Both the position numbers and the translations under genes were made by a program. A stretch of DNA of 64,000 nt from Eledone cirrhosa (Eukaryota), in NCBI GenBank assembly GCA_964016885.1, contig OZ024743.1, forward strand, positions 84,444,001 through 84,508,000, read 5' to 3'. The notes under the pieces are model-generated. The model did not search any database, was not told the origin of the DNA, and saw only the letters and a program-made list of their open reading frames with translations. Position 1 is the stretch's first letter. Each line of letters starts with the position of its first letter. Positions 1 to 12,427 of this stretch are shown in pieces.

Positions 1-101
1 TGTTTTATTTATCATCCTTTACCCTTTATATATTTCTACCACATTGTACCATCTTTCTGAAACATTTACCAATCACTTATTACATATCTCACAATGCTTC
101 A

Positions 102-712
102 TCAATATATCTAAAACAGAGAATGTCTGTCTGTCTGTCTCCCTAAAACTCGAGAACCACCCAACCGATTGTTTTCAAACTTTACACGTGTAATACTTAT
201 GGTCCTATGAGTGTTTTGAGCAAAAACAATTTCAAATTTTCAATGCCATACGGACCGCATTAGGTGATTTCGCGATCTCTCTCTATATATCTTAGTCTTT
301 CTTTTTAGATAGATACATAAATATAATGTTGCGCCCTTATAGTATCTGTCTGTATGTCTGACTGCCTGCATTACAACATTATGACGCTACCTGTGTGTGT
401 GTATGTGTGTATATATGTATATATAGTGAGTAACGTTTTTCGAAATATTTACTTCTGTGTTCACAGATTGATTTTTTAAGTTTCAGAAGATCCCGTTAAG
501 GGTGAAAGCAGCAATTCTTTGCTTAAACTTTAATCTGTTATTTTAATATATATATATATATAATTATATATTTGTGTACAGATATTTTTGCATACACAAT
601 AACAAAATATAAACAAACGTATTTATTTCACGAGGCTCGATAAGGATAAATATATATCAAATATATAAGAACCCTAGAGCAAATCCCGAGTAACGCCGGG
701 CCATTCTGCTAG
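102..712 (+). mobile_element. Non-autonomous Helitron-like element
   Basis: Starts A|TCAATATATCTAAAA with (GTCT)n near the 5' end. Ends with a GC-rich hairpin CCCG..CGGG followed by CTAG|T. Shares motifs with the element at 47707-49329. Confidence 0.7.
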
Positions 713-1069
713 TATTAACTATTATGTCCGATTTCAAATTGAATGTGCTTAAGGAAATCGGACATTTCATACTTAAGGATCTAATAATTTTTTATTTATT
801 ATATTTGGAGGGAGTCATGTCTTAATATTGCCAGAAAAATATTTATTTTCACTCATTCTTTTTCTTTTATTGCAAATATTACATGATCCAACTAAAATTT
901 GTAAAATAAAATATGAATAACAGAAAAAATTTAACAGTGGATGTTGTGAAGAACATCAAACTAACAAAAAAAAATAACACCAACATCATTGTGAGAACCT
1001 CTAAGTGGTATCTTGACCGATGAGAAATAGCAGCTAAATCACCCTCGAATCTTACCCTAGCATCTTTAA

Positions 1070-1463
1070 CTCTTAACATCTTGTACCACATGAAACCACA
1101 TTAGCAAGACATTATTGAACAGTACAAAACAGCATTATGACTGCATCACTATAAAAATTTAAAACTTTGTGAGTTTACTGCAAATCTTCCTAGCAACCGG
1201 TCCATTATAATTGTTTCTACGTTAGGCACAAGGCCAACAATTACCCAGTGCATTACTGGTACTTTATTTTATCGACCCCGTAAGGATGAAAGGCAAAGTT
1301 AACCTCGGCGGGATTTGAACTCAGAATGGCAGGGGCCGTAACTCTATACGTCAAAGCATGGCGTCCGACCCTCTACCAATACTGCCAAATGACGCTGTAA
1401 ATATTTGAATCAACAAACTTGTTTTTAGATATTTTCTGCTAAATTATTACAAGATGTTAAGGG
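1070..1463. mobile_element. TTAA-flanked MITE interrupted by a SINE
   Basis: TTAA|CTCTTAACATCTTG...CAAGATGTTAAGGG|TTAA. Related copies at about 5520-5880 (reverse) and 23180-23403. Confidence 0.65.
1205..1397 (-). mobile_element. tRNA-derived SINE, family B
   Basis: Minus strand has A box TGGCAGTATTGG and B box GTTCAAATCC, then GCCTTTCATCCTTACGGGGTCGATAAAATAAAGTACCAG and an (ATT)n-type tail. More copies near 7905, 10620, 10795, 13545, 13775, 15480, 33770, 47015 (+), 48650, 56970 (+), 62165 and 63968. Confidence 0.8.
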
Positions 1464-2202
1464 TTAAAAACATAGAACACATTAGATAGTGTAGTCTTAG
1501 ATACACTGTTTGAATTGAATAAAGGATAGGATGGTCATGGTTGGAACATTTTTGATTCTGCATACTCATTACTGCCCTGGGGGCTAAATATCATAACACC
1601 ACCAGTGTAACTTTACTAATGTGTGTAGAGAGATCTGTGTGGTGTAAATGTTGTGTGCAATATGGTAGTGTGTATGTGTGAGGTGTGTAGTATATTGTGG
1701 TGTGTGTAGTGTGATGTGTATATGCAGTGGTGTGTGAGTGTGTAGTGTATCTAGTGTGGTGTGGGGTGTGTAGTGCTGAGATCAGTGTTTTTAGGTTGTG
1801 GTTCATCAAGAGAGGAAGGGGTGTAGGGTGATCACTTCAGTGTACAGGGGAGGAGAGGTAAGAGGGGTAGGGTGTTCACCTGAGTGTACTGGGGGAGGGA
1901 GGGATAAGAGGGTATTCACCTGAGTGTAGTGGAGGAGGAGAGCTACTAGGATGATCATCAGTGGAGCAGGTGGGGGGTATCATGAGAGGGAGAAGGGCTA
2001 AAAGGATTGGGGGGTGGGGTAAGTGATCACAGACAGGCAGTCAAGCTATGGAGATAGGCAAACATACATACAGACAGACAGACAGACAGTAATAACAGAG
2101 ATAGGGGAGGAGAAAGGCAGGGGTTCCCTTCATGAAAAAAAGAAAGAAAGGGCTAAGGAATCAATCTGCTTATATTCCTCTGACATTAAATAAATAAAGA
2201 GA

Positions 2203-2223
2203 ATATACATATATATATATACG

Positions 2224-2257
<34 letters not shown>

Positions 2258-2489
2258 CATACGCACACATTTATACATACATATATATACACGCACACGC
2301 ACATATATATATGTACACATATATATATATACATATATATATACACATGTATATATTACATACACACACACACACACACACACATATATACATACATATA
2401 TATATACACACATGTATACATACACACACACACACACACACACGTATATATACATACATATATACACACACACAGACACACACACACAC

Positions 2490-2522
<33 letters not shown>

Positions 2523-2543
2523 TACACATATTTCCCTTCATTT

Positions 2544-2619
<76 letters not shown>

Positions 2620-2640
2620 TGTATATATATATATATACAC
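2203..2640. repeat. Compound (TA)n/(CA)n microsatellite
   Basis: Seen directly. Confidence 0.95.
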
Positions 2641-3254
2641 CAAATGAAGGGAAAGCCAACAACAACAGCAACACTGATAGTAAGCAGAGAGAGGTGCTGG
2701 GTGGCTGATGGGTCGGGGAGACAGGGGGGGGGGGTCAGAAATAAATTATACATCCATTCTACAAGTTGGATCCAGCAAAGTTTTTCTTCTTCTAAGAAGC
2801 TAGCTTTACTAAAAGTCTGATAGTATAGCACCATCATCATCATCACAAACAGTAGCAACAGCAGCAACTGTAGCAGTAAATGTGTGTGATGGGGGGTGGG
2901 GGGCTGTATCCACTACCTAGAATGGTGCTGGCTTATAGACATTGCCTTATAAGTTGAAGGGGAGGAACTCTACTGGAATGGTAACAACAGCAATCCCCTC
3001 TCCCTCCCTCTTTCTTGTTCTATCCCCCACCCCGTCCCCGGGGCTACATGTTCTTGCTACCATCTTCAGGCACACTTCCAGGGTAACCCGAGAGCAGTAA
3101 CTACTCGCACCACCACCAGTGACACCACCAACATCAATACTACCACCACCACCACCACCACCACCATCATTATCACCACTTATACTGCCACCACCACCAA
3201 CAACAACCCAACACTGCAGCCATTACCACCATCACTACCAATGCCAGCCCCACC

Positions 3255-3355
3255 CCCACTGATCTAGAACGCGCACTGCCCACCTTAGTAAGGGCACGTG
3301 CCCTAACTTGCGCGCACACGCACGGGCGGGCGTGCGACTTGCTCCTCAGCTCTGG
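3255..3355. promoter_or_regulatory. Candidate intronic cis-regulatory islet (CpG-rich; E-box palindrome, GC box)
   Basis: About 8 CpGs in about 70 bp within a CpG-poor intron. AGGGCACGTGCCCT palindrome at 3291-3304. GGGCGGG flanked by CGCAC/GTGCG. Confidence 0.35.
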
Positions 3356-4118
3356 TTTCTACCACCACCACCGCCACCACCACCACACACACAACTACTA
3401 TACACCCCCTCAACTCCCCCTGTTTCCATTTAATATCTGTAAATAGAGAATACTTCAAATATCTCACCAAACAATCTGGCACCCCCACCACCACCATAAG
3501 CACCATCCCCATCGCCACCATCACAAACACCACCAACAATACCACCACCACCACCACCACCTATATTAGCACCCTTCTAACTCCTCCCTACCAATCACCA
3601 CCCCTCACAAACACAAACTTTCTTCTTTGGGTATTAATGGAATAAGGGGAGGAGGGAGAGAAAGAGAGAGAGAGATAGATGAATAGGAGCAGGTATGGAA
3701 TAGAGGTGTTTGGGGGGAGGGGGATAGTGTTGCTGGGGGGGGGGGGGCATGAAGACAATAATAACTAGCGCCAATTTTTATTGGGTTGCTTTTTTTTCAC
3801 AATACCTTGTTCTAGGATTTACATCACTACCCGACCCCAACCTCCACCAGCACCACCCTGGCCAACCAAGGGGTGGGCAGAACTGAGGGGAGGGGAAGAA
3901 GGTGTAGTGAACAGTGAAGTTGATCTGGGTACAAAGATAGGTGTATAATATGCTAGCAGAACTATCATAGTTACAATTTTGAGCAACTATCACACCATTA
4001 TACACACACACACACATACACACATACATATATATGTGTTTGTGTGTACATATATATTTATATAGTCTAACACATACGCATATATACTCATGCACACACA
4101 CATATATGTATATATACA

Positions 4119-4175
<57 letters not shown>

Positions 4176-4605
4176 TGTGAGGTATTTTAGTATGTGTGTA
4201 TACAAACATATGTATAATATACACATGCACATTGTGTGTGTGTGTGTATGTGTGTGTGTATAACCAATGACTTCTCTTTACATCCTCACAGCTCACCTAC
4301 ACCCCTATCCCCACCATCACCAGCATCACTACAACAGCATCACCAACAGTAGCATCATCATCACCACCACCAACAACAACAGCAGCACCATCAACAACAG
4401 CAGCACAACACCCAATCTACATAACTTACTAACTTACTAAACAGAAATGCATACATGTTAGAAATTCGTGCTATATTTGCAGTGGTGGGCTTCAGGAATA
4501 TATTTAGAACAAGATATGGTCATGGCATTATATGGGGAAACTATTAGAACTTTCATCGATGACTACTGCTGCTGCACCATCAGAGAGAGAGAGGGAGAGA
4601 GAGAG

Positions 4606-4645
<40 letters not shown>

Positions 4646-4673
4646 AAAGAGAAAGAGTGGGAGGCAGGCAGAT

Positions 4674-4730
<57 letters not shown>

Positions 4731-5303
4731 GAGAAATACAATATATATTTAGAAAGACAGGCAGATATATATATATATATATGTTGAACACACACAGACA
4801 TATATATGTATGTATGTATGTATGTATATATATATATATATACATACATATATATCAAGAAAAAGATAAAGAGATGAGATAGAGGGAGATGGAGTAGAGA
4901 CAGAGATACAGAGAGAGAGAGGGAGAGAGAGAGAGAGTGAGAAAAAGAGAGAGATATGGTAACATAGGGAGGTGGATTAGAAATAGAGAGAGAGAGAGAG
5001 AAAGAGAGGAAAGAATGTCTATTTAAGTGATGGTTCTACTGGACCCAAGACTTGCTGCTGCTCTACAAGCTATAAAGGGTGCAATATACTAGGTGATGAG
5101 CACATTTTTACAAAGTTTCTCAGGTAAGCGTGGACTGCAACGGCAGAGAGGGACAGATCATTGGAGGAAAAAAAAAAAAAAATAACAACTAAAAAACAAA
5201 AAAACGTGCCCCTTATATCAATGGAAATTCATCAATAGGGGATGGGTGGTGGTGGTGGTGGTGGAGGTGATGGAAGTGTCAATGAGGAGGAGGAGGAGTG
5301 AGT

Positions 5304-5334
<31 letters not shown>

Positions 5335-8239
5335 GGTTGAGGTAGGAGGACATAACTGAAGATAATACAGTAAGTACTAATCCATATGTACCAGTTAAAG
5401 TACCATTGAAACTGCATGTCATCTTGTAATACTGGGTGATTGAATTTTTTGTTGTTTTTTTGTTTTTTTATTTTTTTATTTAAATTTTTTTTGTGCTTAA
5501 AATCCTCACCCCTATCTTAACTCTTAACATCCTGCAATGATTTAGCAGAAAATATATTCAAAATCAATTTGTTAATTCAGATGTTTATAGTATCTTTACT
5601 AGTCGACAGATCATTCTGAAAATTTGCAGTAAACAAAAGTAAGGACTTTAAAATTTTTAATGTGATGCAGTCATAGTACTGTTTTGTATATTTTAAGAAT
5701 GATTTACTGATGCAGTTTCATGCAGTACAGGTTTCTTAATTCAAATGTTTATAGTATCTTTGAATTGTTCTGAAAATTTCCAGTATTAGATTAATGACAT
5801 AAAATATTTAATACAGTGCTGTTTTGTAATTTTCAAAAATGTCTTGTGGTTTCATGTGGTACAGGATGTTAAGAATTGAATATTGCTAAATAATAAGCTA
5901 GTCAAACTGATCCCTATAATTTACACCTGCTCTTTTATTAAGATTGTCCCAATTCATACAGATCTACTTGGCTTTCTCTCAGACAGGTAAACTTTTCAAT
6001 CAACTTATAACTTTTTTAATGAGTGATTTTCGTGTGGAAAACCCCTTGTGAAATTAATCCTTATAAACCCCCCAAAATGAAGAACAATTCTAAAACATAA
6101 CCTGGCCCCTATTTAATTAAAAGGGAACACTATTCTATTTTAACTAAGATATATCAATTAACCTTCTTAGATATAGATGATAAAAGTTAAAATCTATTAC
6201 ACACACAAAATATGTATTTATATATTATGTATATATGTTTGTAGATACACACACACACCACATGCAATCACACGTGGACACATACATTATTCATTCAAAT
6301 CTTATCTGAAAAGAAAATGAAAAATATGTGACAATGTGATGAAAGTACAAGATTTTTATAAGTGTTGCAGACTAAGAATTTTTTCAAAAGAAGCAGGAGG
6401 GGATCAACAACTTATAGAAGAACTTTGGGAAAAAAATGAAAGTGAAAATTACAGCTTACACCTATGCCGGTTTTACTGGCTTCATACATGTTTGCATCTC
6501 TTAGGAAGTTTCTCAGGTGTTTCAATGATAAGGGCCTCAGTCCTATCATTAAAAGCAACACAAAATTAAGCATTTTGCTCAAGAATAGTGTGCCATCTGG
6601 CCCAGGAATCAAACCCATAACCTTATGATTATGAGTCCAACACTCTAACCACTAGGCCATGTGCCTTCACATAAAAGAACTGACACAGACTGTCTGAAAT
6701 TCATTGGCAACCCTTGTTAAGCCCTGCACCGACCACCAAGATTTACTTTGTCAAATTCTTGCCTCATAGCTGATACATTTTGCCTTGCATCAGTCCTTAC
6801 TAATATTAACTTGTATTTTCATCCTCCACTTTGGTAGTTTTTTGTTGTTTTCATTTCTAAATTCTCTCTTATCCTTCTCGTTTCATTTTAAGATTCTATC
6901 ATACCCCACTTTTGTTTCGGATATTTTTACCCCGATTTTATTTTTGTCATAATTCTCCCATTACTAATTTCTGGGGGGGTTTATCCCTAAAACATTTGGC
7001 ATGTATAGATGAGTCTTTAAAGAAAGAAACCCTTCAGATAATCATCTAATCCTTAAAATGTTACAGTAAATTTGATGCCGGCTATTAAAATAGCTGAGAG
7101 TATTGTGTGTGGGTGCGGGTGAAGGTATGTGTGACATTTTCAGCTATGACCCCCTTAACACCTCTTTCTTTGGATTCCTGACTAGTTCCATTCTTGTGTC
7201 TTCCTATTAATAATAATATATTGCTAATGTAATTGTCAACAAGAAGCAGTCCCTTCATTGATTCCTCAATCTGGGGGCCAGCTTTCTCTAAATCCCAAAC
7301 AGTCATCTCGGTGATGTCAGGTCAGTTTTCTTTGTTTCATATAGCTTCTATAGCCAAGAAAGTTTCTTCTCTACACACATATATACATATGTATATATAT
7401 ATATGTGTATACATACTCCACAATATCAATTAAGACTGCTACTCTGTAGCTGGTTGAAATCGGGCCAAATTGTATCGATCCAAAAGGCATTTGGTCCCCT
7501 TCAACCAGCTGTAGTTAGCATTCCTATCAGCAGAGTGCAGTAGTGTCCCTCTAAAACAGACATGGTGAAGGAATTGTACTGGTAAGAATGGTATCCCAGC
7601 TGACAATCACAATTCATGGAACAGGTGCCAAAATCACTTTTTTTTTTTTTTGTTTTAAACTGTCTCACATTTGTCACCAAAGAGAAAAACTTTGAAACAA
7701 TGGGCAAAAGTGTATCAGCTATGAAGGCTTGATTACTAATTATTTCATTTACTAACCACACACATAATCTAACAAACACATACATATATATATACATAGT
7801 TTATATGAGCCTCACTAACTTGCTAAATCAAAATGAATTAAACCTTAAAATAAAATAGATATTTGCATTGGTGAATAATCCCCCTACACACACACAAATA
7901 ATGTATAATAATAATAATTGTTTCTAGTATAGGTACTAGGCCAGACATTTGTAGGGAGAGGATAATCAATTAAATTAACCTCAGTGTTTGACTGGTACAT
8001 TTATTTATTGACTCTGGGATTTGAGCTACAACAAATACCACTAGGTGTTTTGCCCGGTGCTCTACCGACTCTACCAATCAAAATAGTAATTCTACCTTTA
8101 TACCTACAGTGGAAATATTAAAAAGTAGTAAATTGCCAAAATATATTGAGAAACTAGTTATGTTAATGGGATGTGATGTTTGTAAATTATTATAAACTGT
8201 GGCCTTCATTACACACCATTTAATGGACCAATTAATGAT

Positions 8240-8650
8240 GACAGGTGTAATTAGGTATAAATTAATCAATTTAAACCAGATATAAACTAATTAAAGGTGA
8301 CAGATGTAATAAGGTAAACTAATTAAAGAGGAAAGGTAAAACTAGGTATAAACTAATCAATAATAGGTATAATAAGTATAAACTAATTAATGACAGGTAG
8401 AACTAGGTATCTGCTAATTAATGACAACAAAGTATAAACTAATTAAAGAGATAAAGGTATAATAAGGTATCCATTAATTCATGACAGGTATACCTAGGTA
8501 TAAACTAATTAAATACATGTATAACTAGGTATAAACTAATTAAATAATCAGGTATAACTAGGTATAAACTAATTAAATAATCAGGTATAACAAAGTATAA
8601 ACTAATTAAAGATAAAGAGTGTAATTAGGTATAGGCTAATTTAAAGAGAT
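8240..8650. repeat. Degenerate minisatellite, unit about 31 bp
   Basis: Recurrent CAGGTATAACTAGGTATAAACTAATTAAA-like units. Confidence 0.75.
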
Positions 8651-11600
8651 ACATCTAGAATTAGATAGAAAAAAGATGATTTTCAGAGAATGTTATATGA
8701 AGAAAATTACGTAATTTAATTTCAATAAACAAATCAGAAACCCTGAAAGTTAAATGAATTTAATCCATTTCATGTGTTGTGATTGTGAGATACCTAAACT
8801 ATACAAAGTAAAAAAAATATGTTGTTTTAGTTTTAAGTGTCTTTGTTTTCTTGGTTTGTACAATTTGATGGATTACTGAAGATTTTTATGAGACAGACAG
8901 CAATAATTGGTCAAATATAGACAACTGTTGACCAATTAAGGTAAGGAGGATAAATTTCTCTTTGAATTCTTCCGAGGAATAAAATATTAACACATTCATA
9001 CACTCCTCTCTCTTTTTATTATTATTGTCAGTGATTTATCTCATACATATATATACATATATATATGGAATAATGTTTCAACAATTTCTAAGGTTCTATC
9101 TCTCAAATAATTCTAACTACTGTAGCTAAAACAAAAGGTATCAATTTGAATAATGGATTTATACCAAAACTTAGCACTTAACCCTTTCGTGACTGTATTT
9201 CATCAGAAATACAGTCTATTTCAATTAATTAAGGAAGAATTTTGAGGGATTTACTAAAATCATTATTTCATATCTTGGATAGTAACTTGACATGTGGTTC
9301 TTATATAAAATCATGTTGGAAGATTTTGATTTAAATAGGAACCCTTTATAATTGTCAGGTTAGTATGAAAGGGATTAAATCAAATATAAATATTGCTAAA
9401 ATCATTAATATACTAAAAGTTAAATTAGAAAATACTTATTAGACATTATTATATAAAATACCTACAACACTTAGGTATGGCAGAAGGGCTAAGAAATTTG
9501 CATCACAATCAAAATTGGGTTTGATTCCACTGCATGGCAGCTGGGGTATGCATCTTGTGAAGGGAAACCGGGTGGACAGAAACTGTATAAAAGTCCATTA
9601 AAGGTGCAGACATATCACATATGTCACATTAATTTGGATTGGAGATTTCATTAACCCTTTCATGAACACATTTCTAATGAAATACACTCTATTTCAATTA
9701 ATTAATGAAGACTTTTGAGGGATTTACTAAAATTATTAATTATTTCATTACTAAGATAGTAACTTAATGTAAGGTTCTTATATAAAGTTATGTTGGAGAA
9801 TTTGAATTGGAAACTTTTAAAATTGGTGGTTTTATTTTATAGAACCAGAGCTGGTTTTGGTCAGGTTGATAACTAAGGGGTTAAGGGTACACACCTGTGT
9901 GGACTACTCGGCCACTTATGTATTTATTTAACCAGTAGGACATGCAGTTGATTGAACAACTAAAAACTTAACATTAAAATCATCATTAAATTCACTCTAT
10001 GCTATCCTACAACACAACTACTCTATGCTACTACATTAGCCCGCCCTAGTCTATGATACCCCCAAACATATAACTCTATTATCCTGCTGAGCTATACTAC
10101 ATTACTATACTACTGGGAACACTTAAAGGCTAGTGGTTAGGGTATTGAACTCACAATCATCAGGTTATAGGTTCAATTCCTAGACTGGGTGGTGTATTGT
10201 GTTCTTGAGCAATTCATGTTGCTTTTCATGATAGGACCAGGTCCCCTATCATTAAAGCACCCAAGAAACTTCTCACAAGATGGAAATGCAAGGGTGAGAA
10301 ATATAAATTTCATTTTTTTTAAACTATACTATTACCTCATTCTACTGTACACTACTATTCTAACCCCCAAAACTACATATGTAAATATAATTTCTCTTTA
10401 GAGAGGAACAATAGTAATAGAAACACTTTGCAACCATATTCTAATGAAATATTTTAGCTCTATTTTAATTAATTAGTGAAGAATTAGGAATCTTTTAAAA
10501 TGGGTATTTTTTTCATAGGACCAGAACCAGTTTTGGTTGGGTTGGTTGGGTTGGTATTAAAGAAGTTAAACAAATGTTCTTTTTAATCAGTAATTGTGTT
10601 TCTGTTATAAAACAACATAATAATAATAATTGTTTCTAATTTTGGTACTAAGCCAATGAAATTGACTCCAGTGCATTACTGGTATTTTATTTTATTGACC
10701 TCAGCAATATTTGAAACAGAATGTTAAAAATAGTAATACAGTGAAGTATTTAGTCCAACACTTCAACAATTCTGCCAATTCTCCACCCTAAATAATAATA
10801 ATTCTTTCTAATATTAGCACAAGGCCAGCAATTTGGAAGAAGGAGAAAGTTATATATATCAACCCTAGTACATCACTGGTACTTTATTTTATCAAGAAAG
10901 ATGAAAGTCAAAGTTGACCTCAAAGGGATTTGAACTCAAAGCTTAAAGGGTCATAACTAAATAGCACAAAACATTCAGTCTGACACTCTACAGATTCTGT
11001 CAATCCATAATTCGAATAAGAAAACCTTATAATATGGACATATTCAATTATAGAAACTAGCACAAGATGAAAAATAGTTTTACTGTAAAAAATACAACTA
11101 CTACTAGTAGTAATAGTAGAAGTAGTAATAATAGCAACAGCAGCCTAACTGTACATTGTCTGTCTGTCCCACACTCTCTCTATATATATATACACACTCT
11201 CTCTATATATATATACACACACAAACATTTATATATATATATATATATATACACATACATATACCACACATCTATAACTTTGGGTTGTAGTACCAAAATA
11301 AGGAGGAATAAGCTAGGCCAAGAGGGAGGTTTCGGCTATCATCATCATCATCAAGGTAGACAGTGTGATTCATTGCTAAAGTAGCAATGTAAAGAAGAAA
11401 GAGAAGGCATATTAAGTTACCTACAAAGCCACCACCACCACCAGACATATATATTAGTGGGTGAGTGGGTGGAAGGCTGGCAACTGTGCAGACTCACAGG
11501 TGAGCAAAGCAGACTAAGAATGGTGAAGTTTGCCACAAGAAGTATATACTATTGCTACTACTACTACTATCACCACCACCACCATCAATACTGATACTTC

Positions 11601-11894
11601 AGCAAAGAATTCTCTTGAAAACTTTTTCTTTTAAATATTTTACCTCAAGTAAATAGTTTTTTGTTTTTTTTGGAGGGGGGGGGTTATAAAGATATTAGAT
11701 TAAACTGGGCACAACACACATACAAACATGTGTGTATATGTGTGTATACATATATACATTAAATATATTACCAAACACTTAGTTATATCATAATTTAATT
11801 TACATATGCTTTTTCCTAATGTGAAGGCTGGAATGGAAGATATGCTTTAAAATTTTAAATTCCGGTGAAATCACTATTCATCACTATAAATGAT

Positions 11895-11930
<36 letters not shown>

Positions 11931-11979
11931 ATAGTACTTTACTTACTGTGGTTACCCCCGGTTGAACCTGAGACACACA

Positions 11980-12022
<43 letters not shown>

Positions 12023-12078
12023 TCATCATCATGTTTGTATATGTGTATGTATATATACACACACAAACACACATATAT

Positions 12079-12427
12079 GGAGGCACATGGCTTAGTGGTT
12101 AGAGCATTGGCCTTGCAATCGAAAGGTTGTGAGTTCAATTCTCAGGCCATGTGATGTGTTGTTTCCTTGAGCAAGACACTTTATTTCACATTGCTCCAGT
12201 TTACTTAGCTGTAGAAATGAGATGATAGGACTGGGGGTCCCTATCATTCCACTGCAAAGTGGTCGTGGAGGTGCCAAGGCAAAAAAGCACCCAGCCCACA
12301 CTGTAAATGAGGTTGGTGTTAGGAAGGGCATCCAGCTGTAGAAATCAAGCCAGAATCAGTTCCCGTCCCACCCTTGCAAGCAGGGAAAAAGCGGATGTAA
12401 AATGAAATGATGAAATGATGATGATGA
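12079..12427 (+). mobile_element. tRNA-derived CORE-like SINE, family A, with RTE-type 3' tail
   Basis: A box TGGCTTAGTGG and B box GTTCAATTC. Body CCTTGAGCAAGACACTT...CAGCTGTAGAAATG resembles the CORE domain. Tail CCCACCCTTGCAAGCAGGGAAAAAGCGG..(ATG)n. Confidence 0.85.

Noticed and set aside
1815-2025. G-run-rich stretch, possible G-quadruplex
   Set aside because: Low-complexity degenerate repeat with irregular loops; nothing supports a function.
12079-12150. tRNA gene
   Set aside because: A and B boxes are present but belong to a multi-copy SINE head; no convincing cloverleaf or terminator.
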